Origin: a virus
Virus record (IMG/VR): IMGVR_UViG_3300022930_000005
Span: 1 to 44,529 of that record
Reading direction: 5' to 3' (one strand)
Length of the DNA: 44,529 bases
The translations under genes and the position numbers were made by a program. Each line of letters opens with the position of its first letter. Positions within the stretch are counted from its first letter, which is position 1. The notes below the pieces were generated by a model that was not told where the DNA came from, searched no databases, and saw nothing but the letters and a program-made list of their open reading frames with translations. Below are positions 24,376 to 31,081 of this stretch, piece after piece.

Positions 24376-24851
24376 TCTATTTTATTCAGAGCGGACCGGA
24401 CGGAAGGGTGAAGATTGGATGCGCCCACAACCCCGCGCGCAGGATAGCGACTCTCAAGTGTGCCTCGCCTTACCCGGTTGAGGTTCTGGCGATTTGGGAG
24501 GGCGGGTTTGAAGTGGAAAAAACGCTTCACCACTTTCTGTCCGCGCATCGTGTTCATGGCGAATGGTTTGCTCCGCACGCCGAAGTTCTCGCGGCTGCGA
24601 ACGAATGCCCAGCGGTCGCCGTAAAGGCCAAGGCGAAGGGCAGGCCAAATAGCGCCCTCAAAGATTATCTCGCCCAACCAGGGCAGACCGCATCCGCCCT
24701 CGCATCCAAATGCGATGTCGCGGTGTCCACAATCACACGCGCAGCCGGCCGGGAATTTGACCCTTCCATGAAGCTGATGCGCAAGATCGAGATGCATACG
24801 GGCGGCAAGGTTAAGCCGAACGATTTCCTTTCGGAGGCACAGACCGCATGA
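24372..24851 (+). CDS. T5orf172 (GIY-YIG-like) domain protein with a C-terminal HTH (159 aa)
   Basis: GTGA overlap start. IYFIQSGPDGRVKIGCAHNPARRIATLKCASPYPVEVL...EKTLHHFLSAHRVHGEWF. The C-terminus is TASALASKCDVAVSTITRAA. Confidence 0.6.
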   Translation: MIYFIQSGPDGRVKIGCAHNPARRIATLKCASPYPVEVLAIWEGGFEVEKTLHHFLSAHRVHGEWFAPHAEVLAAANECPAVAVKAKAKGRPNSALKDYLAQPGQTASALASKCDVAVSTITRAAGREFDPSMKLMRKIEMHTGGKVKPNDFLSEAQTA

Positions 24852-24982
24852 CCTACGCCCTCGCATACCTAGCCATCAGCGCCACAGCCTCCGCGCTGTT
24901 CGTATTCCGCGAGCACCTGCTGTCGGGGGTGATTCGGAGCATGTTTCGCGATCCGGCGCAGCTTTATCGGGAGGACGACTGA
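24848..24982 (+). CDS. micro-ORF, N-terminal TM (44 aa): MTYALAYLAISATASALFVFREHLLSGVIRSMFRDPAQLYREDD
   Basis: Not in the track. ATGA overlap upstream and TGATG overlap downstream. Confidence 0.5.
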   Translation: MTYALAYLAISATASALFVFREHLLSGVIRSMFRDPAQLYREDD

Positions 24983-25287
24983 TGGGCTACTTCCCCAACA
25001 TGACGGCATTCGAATACTGGGCAACCGACAACTGCTTCAAGTGCGCGCATTGGGCAAAGGACGGCGGCGGTTGCCCGATTGACGATGCGCACACACTCTA
25101 CAACTACGAGTTCTGCAACGACGCCGCCCACCCCGCCAAGGTGATCCTCGACATGCTTATTCCGGTTTCGAAGGACGGCTTGAGCAACGAGCGCTGCGCC
25201 TTGTTTAAGGATCGCCACGGCCTGACCGAGAAGCATCTGCGTGACTGGGAAAAATATAAGGCGATTATGGCTGAGGTGACAGCATGA
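24982..25287 (+). CDS. hypothetical Cys/His-rich protein (101 aa)
   Basis: CFKCAHWAKDGGGCPIDDAH...FCNDAAH...RCALF. Coupled at both ends. Confidence 0.6.
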   Translation: MGYFPNMTAFEYWATDNCFKCAHWAKDGGGCPIDDAHTLYNYEFCNDAAHPAKVILDMLIPVSKDGLSNERCALFKDRHGLTEKHLRDWEKYKAIMAEVTA

Positions 25288-25421
25288 CCCCCGAACAACC
25301 CCGAGCCGCAACCGGTCGCTGGCCCTATCGCCACCGCACGATGGAAGAAGTGTGGGCCGCAGAACGGGCGCAACGGGCGATCGATCTGCGCGGCGCTGTT
25401 TCGATGGTGAAGCGGCCATGA
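25284..25421 (+). CDS. micro-ORF (45 aa): MTPEQPRAATGRWPYRHRTMEEVWAAERAQRAIDLRGAVSMVKRP
   Basis: Not in the track. ATGA overlaps at both ends. Confidence 0.45.
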   Translation: MTPEQPRAATGRWPYRHRTMEEVWAAERAQRAIDLRGAVSMVKRP

Positions 25422-25609
25422 ACTGCCGAGGCGAAACCCATTCCAGCGCCAAGCTGACCGAAGCACAGGTACGTGAAATTCTCACGGCCTATGCGGATGG
25501 CGAGCAGTTGGCGTCGCTGCACCGCCGCTTTCCCCAATGCTCGAAACCAAACCTGCATCATATCGTGAATGGCCGGCGATGGGCATTTCTGCACGGGGTT
25601 GCGCTATGA
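25418..25609 (+). CDS. small HTH protein (63 aa)
   Basis: GETHSSAKLTEAQVREILTAYADGEQLASLHRRFPQCSKPNLHHIVNGRRW. ATG 25418 is internal to track ORF 25352..25609. Confidence 0.5.
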   Translation: MNCRGETHSSAKLTEAQVREILTAYADGEQLASLHRRFPQCSKPNLHHIVNGRRWAFLHGVAL

Positions 25610-25866
25610 CCGACACCAGCCCCAAGCTATACCTCTCCCTCGCAGCGGCTACGGCCATCTACGAACGGGTCAGCGCTGAAACCGGCGTGCCGATGGATAA
25701 GCTTCTAAGCGAAAGCCGTGAGCCAAATATCGTTCGGGCGCGCCGCATGGTTATGGCAGCGATGCAGGACCGTGGCGCATCGGTGATGATGATCGGCAAG
25801 CGAATGCAGCTCAATCATTCGTCGGTGATCTATGGCCTGCGAAAGTACCAGGAACTAGCAGCATGA
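25606..25866 (+). CDS. DnaA domain IV-like (DnaA-box-binding HTH) stand-alone protein (86 aa)
   Basis: LLSESREPNIVRARRMVMAAMQDRGASVMMIGKRMQLNHSSVIYGLRKYQEL aligns by eye with E. coli DnaA [54 protein letters not shown]. Confidence 0.65.
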   Translation: MTDTSPKLYLSLAAATAIYERVSAETGVPMDKLLSESREPNIVRARRMVMAAMQDRGASVMMIGKRMQLNHSSVIYGLRKYQELAA

Positions 25867-26108
25867 AACCCCAACACCACGCCGAGCCGCAACAAACGCT
25901 GGCGCAGATCGAAACGCGGCTGGTTATGGAGCTGGCGAGCTGCACCGATGCTGCGTTCGCTGGCAAGTCGGTCGATTCGCTGCACGCGGGTTCCTACTCG
26001 CGGTTGCGTCGGGGTGTTATCGAGCGGGTGTATGCCGATGCTGCATCCTCTCGCGAACTTTCGGCTGCGGATGGGTTTGCTCGGGTTTTGGGGGAGGGGT
26101 TGGCATGA
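25863..26108 (+). CDS. hypothetical protein (81 aa)
   Basis: ATGA overlaps at both ends. Confidence 0.55.
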   Translation: MKPQHHAEPQQTLAQIETRLVMELASCTDAAFAGKSVDSLHAGSYSRLRRGVIERVYADAASSRELSAADGFARVLGEGLA

Positions 26109-26194
26109 CGGATGACACTCAACAATGGCTCGGGTGCTTTGCGCTTATAGCCATAATCGCAATTTGCATCACCGCGTGCGTCATATTCGCATGA
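26105..26194 (+). CDS. micro-ORF, TM helix (29 aa): MTDDTQQWLGCFALIAIIAICITACVIFA
   Basis: Not in the track. ATGA overlaps at both ends. Several ATA/ATT codons are atypical for this genome. Confidence 0.4.
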   Translation: MTDDTQQWLGCFALIAIIAICITACVIFA

Positions 26195-26625
26195 CCTTCT
26201 TCGACGCCCTCGAAACCGACGACCTGCGCAAGCCGGTGCTTCATCCGGCAATATACGTAGAGCCGCGCGATAAGGACGCGGCGAGCGAGGACGATCGACA
26301 AGCCGAGTTCATCGCCACCATGCGCAGGACAGCGCTCGCTTGCCGGGTGTACGCGGTGCCCAATGGTGCCAAGCGATCCAGGTGGGAAAGCGCCAAGGTG
26401 AAGCGGGAAGGGCTGGCGTCGGGCTGGCCTGATACCGGCACGCGATGGGCGAATGGGCACGCGGATATCGAGTTCAAAAACGGCACCGCAATGCCAACGC
26501 CGAATCAGATCGAAACGCTCAACTGGCTGCATCTGCGCGGGCATCATGTCGCGGTTTGCAGGACGGCGGCTGGCGCTATGCGATGGCTGCGCGAGGTTGG
26601 GGCGCCTGTGCCGATTATCGCTTGA
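26191..26625 (+). CDS. VRR-NUC domain nuclease (144 aa)
   Basis: GWPDTG...HADIEFKNGTAMPTPNQIETLNWLHLRGHHVAV fits the D...E.K...Q VRR-NUC core. Confidence 0.7.
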   Translation: MTFFDALETDDLRKPVLHPAIYVEPRDKDAASEDDRQAEFIATMRRTALACRVYAVPNGAKRSRWESAKVKREGLASGWPDTGTRWANGHADIEFKNGTAMPTPNQIETLNWLHLRGHHVAVCRTAAGAMRWLREVGAPVPIIA

Positions 26626-26689
26626 CAGGGCCGCCGATTCGGCGGATACGGGGTTTATCGGCGAGCGGGCCGGCAGGAGGACACTGGAA

Positions 26690-26812
26690 ATGGTCTACGA
26701 ATTTCTTGACATCGACGGCGTAGTTATCGGCTGCGGAACCGAGGCTGAGTTGGCTGAGTATCTCGCCAATGGCTGGGTTGCGGCTGGCACTGTTTTGGGT
26801 GGGCGGCTGTGA
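26690..26812 (+). CDS. micro-ORF (40 aa): MVYEFLDIDGVVIGCGTEAELAEYLANGWVAAGTVLGGRL
   Basis: SD AGGAGGA 26675-26681 lies 8 nt before ATG 26690. The stop overlaps the next GTG. Confidence 0.45.
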   Translation: MVYEFLDIDGVVIGCGTEAELAEYLANGWVAAGTVLGGRL

Positions 26813-27444
26813 TCGCGGCGCTCTACGTCGAAACGAACGGCTGCTATTTCGGGTTGGATGGCGTTGACCCATGGGATGAAGCCCGCGACGCGCGCCTGTA
26901 CGATGGGCCGTGGCCTGTTGTGGCGCATCCGCCCTGCCAGCGGTGGGGCGATATGTGGATGGGCTCGCCGCTTGTTATCGCTCGCACTGGCGTTCGCAAA
27001 AAGCTGGGAGATGATGGCGGATGCTTTGCGCATGCGCTTGAAGCTGTCCGGAAATTTGGCGGCGTTATCGAGCATCCCGAGGGTTCTCGCGCCTGGGGTT
27101 ACTTTGGACTTAATAAACCTCCGCGTGAAGGCGGGTGGGTATCGGCAGACTGGCAAGGAGGTTGGACATGCCGTGTCGAGCAATTCGCGTACGGCCATTG
27201 TGTGCGCAAGGCTACATGGCTGTACGCAGCCAAAACCGCGTTGCCGATGCTTAAATGGGGCGTCGATCCTCGCAAGCTTCCATCAATGGTGCAGCCGTCG
27301 AAGGGACGTATAGCCGCTGGCCGAACCCCATCTGTCAGCGCCCATGGCATTCGCGACAAGCTGCGCAACGCCACCCCGCCAGCGTTTCGCGATGTATTGC
27401 TATCGATCGCGCGGACAGCCCCAGATCAGAAAGCGACCGCATGA
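26809..27444 (+). CDS. C5-cytosine-methyltransferase-like protein with a PCQ motif but no recognisable SAM-binding motif I (211 aa)
   Basis: VVAHPPCQRWG (motif IV-like), FGGVIEHPEGSRAW (ENV-like), VEQFAYGHCVRKATWLY (QxRxR-like) and NATPPAFRDVLLSIA (motif X-like). Only about 40 aa precede PCQ and no FxGxG is present. Confidence 0.5.
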   Translation: MIAALYVETNGCYFGLDGVDPWDEARDARLYDGPWPVVAHPPCQRWGDMWMGSPLVIARTGVRKKLGDDGGCFAHALEAVRKFGGVIEHPEGSRAWGYFGLNKPPREGGWVSADWQGGWTCRVEQFAYGHCVRKATWLYAAKTALPMLKWGVDPRKLPSMVQPSKGRIAAGRTPSVSAHGIRDKLRNATPPAFRDVLLSIARTAPDQKATA

Positions 27445-27635
27445 CCCCCATCCAATTCCGCCAGTCGCGCCAAACCCTCGGCCTATCCCGCGCGGAAATG
27501 GCTGATCGTCTGGGCATCGGGTTGCGCACGCTGGAGCGCTTCGAAGTCGAGGGGTGCGGCGTGGCTATGGGGATGGCGGTTGAGTATTTGCTGCTGACTG
27601 CGCAGGCGGCTTTTGTGGATCGGAGGGGGTTGTGA
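27441..27635 (+). CDS. XRE-family HTH protein (64 aa)
   Basis: FRQSRQTLGLSRAEMADRLGIGLRTLERFEVEG. ATGA overlap. Confidence 0.65.
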   Translation: MTPIQFRQSRQTLGLSRAEMADRLGIGLRTLERFEVEGCGVAMGMAVEYLLLTAQAAFVDRRGL

Positions 27636-28105
27636 GCGCTATTTGCATCATCACTAATTGCCAGGGCCGGGCACCTTCGGGTGGGCCGTTCTGTGCGAAG
27701 CATCGCGACAAGGCTACCTCCGTTGAGGGTGCCGGCGAGTGGCGGCGAACCTGTGACGCCTGCGAAGGCGAAGGCACGGTCGAGCGCAGGGACATACCGC
27801 TGCATCATCTGCATAGCGAGTCGCCAGAATATGCGCAACGCCAGTGCGGCGAATGCGACGGCGCGGGCTGGCGTTGGACCGACGAACTTATCGATCTGGC
27901 TGATGCGCCGGTTGGGCTGTTCTGGTGCGGCGACACGCTCGCCATGAAGACCGAATATGGCAACAACGAAGGCCGGATCGATGCGTTCATCGTTTCCAGC
28001 GGCGAGTTCTTTTGGGGTGACGCGCCGCAAACGATAGCCAGCCAACGCGCGTCGATGGTGCTGCCGATTGAGCCTGATTATGCCGCCACTGTCCTAGCCG
28101 CATGA
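27632..28105 (+). CDS. protein with two DnaJ-type CxxCxGxG zinc-finger repeats (157 aa)
   Basis: CDACEGEGTV and CGECDGAGW are present. GTGA overlap start. Confidence 0.55.
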   Translation: MSAICIITNCQGRAPSGGPFCAKHRDKATSVEGAGEWRRTCDACEGEGTVERRDIPLHHLHSESPEYAQRQCGECDGAGWRWTDELIDLADAPVGLFWCGDTLAMKTEYGNNEGRIDAFIVSSGEFFWGDAPQTIASQRASMVLPIEPDYAATVLAA

Positions 28106-28422
28106 ACGCCCCCGCCAACATCCAGCCCGAAGCCCTATACACCCCCGAGGAACGCGCGCACCGGGCGGCTATCTCGATCCATTGCCCCAACGACGGCAAG
28201 ATGGAATTGCGGGTCAAGGTGGCGGAACTGCGCGACCGTGCGGGTGCGGCGATGTCGCGGTGTTGTGACGAGGCGTATCCGTACCTGCTTCAGATCTCGC
28301 GCCAGGCATCGGTTGTGGTCTATGCGCCGATATCCGCCAAGCGCATGATGTTCACGATTATCGCGCTCAACGCTGCGATCGATGCCGCCAACGCTATGGA
28401 GCGGGCTTCGCGGATGGATTGA
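28102..28422 (+). CDS. hypothetical protein (106 aa)
   Basis: ATGA overlap. No motif recognised. Confidence 0.55.
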   Translation: MNAPANIQPEALYTPEERAHRAAISIHCPNDGKMELRVKVAELRDRAGAAMSRCCDEAYPYLLQISRQASVVVYAPISAKRMMFTIIALNAAIDAANAMERASRMD

Positions 28423-28442
28423 GTTTTTAGGGAGAGTTGGGG

Positions 28443-28625
28443 ATGCAACGTATTTCTAAGCCGATGCAGGACGCTTTGGCTGGGGCATACCGCGAGCTTG
28501 GCCGTTGGTATCACGATGGTGGGACCGGAACGGGCAAGGCGTTGTATGCGAGAGGGTTGGTGACATATGATGGTATCTTGACCGAAGCTGGTATGGCTAT
28601 CCGCGCCTCATTAATAGGCCTGTGA
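28443..28625 (+). CDS. hypothetical protein (60 aa)
   Basis: SD GGGAGAG 28430-28436 lies 6 nt before ATG 28443. Confidence 0.5.
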   Translation: MQRISKPMQDALAGAYRELGRWYHDGGTGTGKALYARGLVTYDGILTEAGMAIRASLIGL

Positions 28626-28683
28626 CCCTAACCGAGCGCTAAACACCCCGCCTTGCGCCGCTTCGTGAATGGGGTAAGGTGGC

Positions 28684-28723
28684 GGGCGGACGGACCGAGA
28701 GTGTCGCGCTCTCTGGCCCGCCC
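28684..28723 (+). terminator. imperfect stem-loop in the 126-nt gap before the replication genes; an alternative pairing is possible
   Basis: gggcgg (28684-28689) pairs with ccgccc (28718-28723). An inner gagag/ctctc stem (28697-28701 / 28709-28713) is present, followed by tgacttt. An upstream cccgcc (28647-28652) could instead pair with ggcggg (28681-28686). Confidence 0.3.
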
Positions 28724-28751
28724 TGACTTTGGCATAGGAGCTGCCTCCGCT

Positions 28752-29351
28752 ATGAATGATTTACCCCAAGTGCGCGTGCCTATCAAGCCGCGTTCAAAGC
28801 CGCCCAAGCCTCTTTTGCCGACTGAACAGCGTGTCGCGGATGCCGTGGCAGGAATGCGCGCGGCTGAGAAGCGCCAGTACCGTATCAGCTACGGCATGTG
28901 TCCTTTGTGCGGGCTGGAGGCGGCGCCTTATTATCTGTGCTTTGCGTGCCGCCAAATTAAATCCCTGTCTCGAACTTTGAATCGGATGCACGATGCGGGG
29001 ATCGTGGCAAAATCGCGGAAAGGCCGGAATTCGCTGTGGCACGTCGAAAAAGACAAGATCGATGATGTCGCGGTTATGGACGTTCGCGGCTCGCTATTGG
29101 TGGGAATCAAGGATGGTGACAAACGCCTGCGCCCTCGCATGGGTGGCCGTCCGATCGACCTCGACGAAACGTTGATGAGCATTTTTGCCGTCGCCGGAAA
29201 GCCGTTGACCGAGGATGAGGTTTATTTTGCCTGGGGCAACCTGCGCACAACCCGAAAGCGCGCATCCCTCGCTTCGGATATGGCGGCTATCATTAACGCG
29301 CAACGGAAGCGTGATCGACGGGCTGCCAAATCCAAGACCGCTGCCCAATGA
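28752..29351 (+). CDS. hypothetical protein with a CxxC...CxxC element, upstream of the helicase (199 aa)
   Basis: AGGAG 28736-28740 precedes ATG 28752. Contains CPLCGLEAAPYYLCFAC and a basic C-terminus. Confidence 0.5.
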   Translation: MNDLPQVRVPIKPRSKPPKPLLPTEQRVADAVAGMRAAEKRQYRISYGMCPLCGLEAAPYYLCFACRQIKSLSRTLNRMHDAGIVAKSRKGRNSLWHVEKDKIDDVAVMDVRGSLLVGIKDGDKRLRPRMGGRPIDLDETLMSIFAVAGKPLTEDEVYFAWGNLRTTRKRASLASDMAAIINAQRKRDRRAAKSKTAAQ

Positions 29352-30598
29352 CCGCGCGCGACGATATGCCAGACAACGTGATCCAGTTCGCGCCGAGTGC
29401 GCCGGATAGTGCGGACGACTTCAACCGCGAGCCTGACCTAGAAGGCGACTGGATCGCCGCCTGTACACCCACGGTATCGAAGCTAACCGCCACCGCGTTC
29501 CAATGGCGTGCGGAATCCGAGCTACCCCCCCGCAAATGGCTGTACGGACGGCACCTGCTGCGGAAGTTCCTGTCCGTTGACGTGGCAGCCGGCGGCGTCG
29601 GCAAATCCTCGCTCAAGATCGGCGAGGCGCTGGCTATGGCATCCGGCAAGGACCTCTACGGGCAAACCCTGCATGAGGGCGCGCTCCGGGTTTGGATTTA
29701 CAATCTCGAAGATCCGAACGAAGAAACCGAGCGCCGTATCCACGCCACGGCCAAGCAGTTCAACATCCTGCCCAAAGACCTTGGCGACCGGCTCTATGTG
29801 GACTCAGGCCGGGATCAGCGCTGCGTCATAGCCGAGGAAACCCCGAACGGTGCGACAATCGCCAGGCCGGTGGTCGACGCCCTGATAGCCGAGCTGCGTG
29901 AGAAGCGCATCGATGTCCTCAGCATCGATCCGTTCGTCTCCAGCCATGCAGTCAGCGAGAACGACAACATGGCGATCGATATGGTCGCGAAGGAATGGGC
30001 GCGCATCGCCGACATCTGCGATTGCTCGATCAATCTGGTGCATCACGTCCGCAAGGGGAATGGCGCCGAAGCCAACGCCGATTCCGCGCGCGGTGCATCC
30101 TCTCTGATCGGAGCGGCCCGCTCCGTCATGGTGTTCAACCGCATGTCCAAGGAAGAAGCCGAGAAACTTGGCGTCGCCGAGGACGAAGCCCGTTTCTTCT
30201 TCCGCGTCGACAACGACAAGGCCAACCTCGCGCCGCCGGGTTCGACCACGTGGTATCGCATGAACAACGTCGATCTGGACAATGGCGATGCGGTCGGTGT
30301 CGCCTGCCCTTGGAAGCCGAAGGACTTGTTCGACGGCATCACGACGGCGCACCTGATGCGGGTGCAGAAGGCCGTTGGGGCGGGTAACTGGCGCGAAAGT
30401 CCGCAAGCGAGCGCTTGGGTTGGACATCCTGTGGCGGAGGCATTGATGCTTGATGCGGAAGACCAGCGCGACAAAAAGCGCATCATAGGAATGCTCAAGG
30501 AATGGGTGCGCAACGGCGTCCTGGAGGTGGTCGAAGGCGAGGACGCCAAGCGCATGAAACGTAAATTCGTCGTGGTAGGGAATTGGGTGACAGAATGA
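29348..30598 (+). CDS. RecA-fold replicative helicase, RepA/AAA_25-like (416 aa)
   Basis: Walker A is VAAGGVGKSS, the Walker B-like element is VLSIDPF, followed by INLVHHVRKG...ARGASSL. Confidence 0.75.
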   Translation: MTARDDMPDNVIQFAPSAPDSADDFNREPDLEGDWIAACTPTVSKLTATAFQWRAESELPPRKWLYGRHLLRKFLSVDVAAGGVGKSSLKIGEALAMASGKDLYGQTLHEGALRVWIYNLEDPNEETERRIHATAKQFNILPKDLGDRLYVDSGRDQRCVIAEETPNGATIARPVVDALIAELREKRIDVLSIDPFVSSHAVSENDNMAIDMVAKEWARIADICDCSINLVHHVRKGNGAEANADSARGASSLIGAARSVMVFNRMSKEEAEKLGVAEDEARFFFRVDNDKANLAPPGSTTWYRMNNVDLDNGDAVGVACPWKPKDLFDGITTAHLMRVQKAVGAGNWRESPQASAWVGHPVAEALMLDAEDQRDKKRIIGMLKEWVRNGVLEVVEGEDAKRMKRKFVVVGNWVTE

Positions 30599-30840
30599 GG
30601 ATCAGGATCGAGACCTTGCCCGAGCCGGGCTTCGCAGTAAGCGTCGGGCCGTCTAAAATGACGCTGCTGGCGTACGCCGATTACACACGCAGGGACGGCG
30701 AGGAAACCCGATTAGGCGTGTGGGAAGTCGAGTGCAAAACCTGCGGGGAGCCATTTACGACGCGCATGACGTCGCATATTCTCCCCGAAACGAAGCGGTG
30801 CGAAAAGCATCGCAGGCCGGTTAGAGGGGCTTCGAAATGA
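30595..30840 (+). CDS. small protein with a CxxC...CxxH element (81 aa), last gene of the rightward operon
   Basis: ATG 30595 overlaps the helicase TGA (ATGA). Contains ECKTCGEPF...KRCEKH. Confidence 0.5.
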   Translation: MRIRIETLPEPGFAVSVGPSKMTLLAYADYTRRDGEETRLGVWEVECKTCGEPFTTRMTSHILPETKRCEKHRRPVRGASK

Positions 30841-30875
30841 CCTTGCCTCACCTTCAAATCGTAAGTGAGGCAAGG
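30841..30875 (+). terminator. perfect 11-bp hairpin directly after the last early gene
   Basis: ccttgcctcac (30841-30851) pairs with gtgaggcaagg (30865-30875) around a 13-nt loop. No U tract. Confidence 0.4.
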
Positions 30876-31000
30876 TGTGGCAAGTGTGGCGGATCGAATG
30901 GCCGAAATGTTGCCACACCACCACCCTCCCCTCGTAGAGGGTGGGTGGTGTGGCAAGGCATTGAGCGGGGATTTGAGAGTGCGCGGGTTAGGTGTGGCAA
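30874..31000. repeat. iteron cluster: GGTGTGGCAA at 30874-30883, 30947-30956 and 30991-31000, inverted TTGCCACACC at 30910-30919; 30910-30956 forms a ~19-bp-arm imperfect palindrome
   Basis: Read directly. There is also a partial copy GTGTGGC at 30884-30890. The arms gccacaccaccaccctc / gagggtgggtggtgtggc differ by one bulged base. Confidence 0.8.
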
Positions 31001-31052
31001 ACTGCACCCGCCCGAATGGGGAGCGCGGCGGAATAAAATTCTCACATGGCTG

Positions 31053-31081
31053 TTGACATCACGTAAGGCGTCACGTAAGAA
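31053..31081 (+). promoter_or_regulatory. candidate late-block promoter TTGACA (31053-31058) - 17 nt - TAAGAA (31076-31081), with tandem TCACGTAAG (31059-31067, 31071-31079) in the spacer
   Basis: The -35 is perfect and the -10 is weak. It is followed by SD AAGGGAG (31094-31100) and ATG 31106. Confidence 0.4.

Noticed and set aside
26622-26645. TTGACA overlapping the VRR-NUC stop, plus a 6-bp CCGCCG/CGGCGG hairpin with a 3-nt loop
   Set aside because: The -10 candidate (GATACG) is poor and the hairpin is short. The evidence is not enough to call a promoter or terminator.
27613-27621. DnaA-box-like CGATCCACA (- strand); also ATCCACA near 26953 (- strand) and TCCACA near 24726 (+ strand)
   Set aside because: They lie inside coding sequence. 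A 7-mer core is expected several times by chance in 2 x 44 kb, and the sites are not clustered.
24246-30427. - strand ORFs (24246..24866, 24964..25485, 26695..27198, 27335..28045, 29804..30427) in the rightward operon
   Set aside because: The + strand genes form an unbroken ATGA/GTGA-coupled chain with recognisable domains. The antisense ORFs have no motifs and an Arg-rich composition.
30874-31000. Iteron cluster considered as a mini-CRISPR array
   Set aside because: The repeats are only 10 bp, irregularly spaced, and one is inverted. No cas genes are present, and the layout does not fit a CRISPR.
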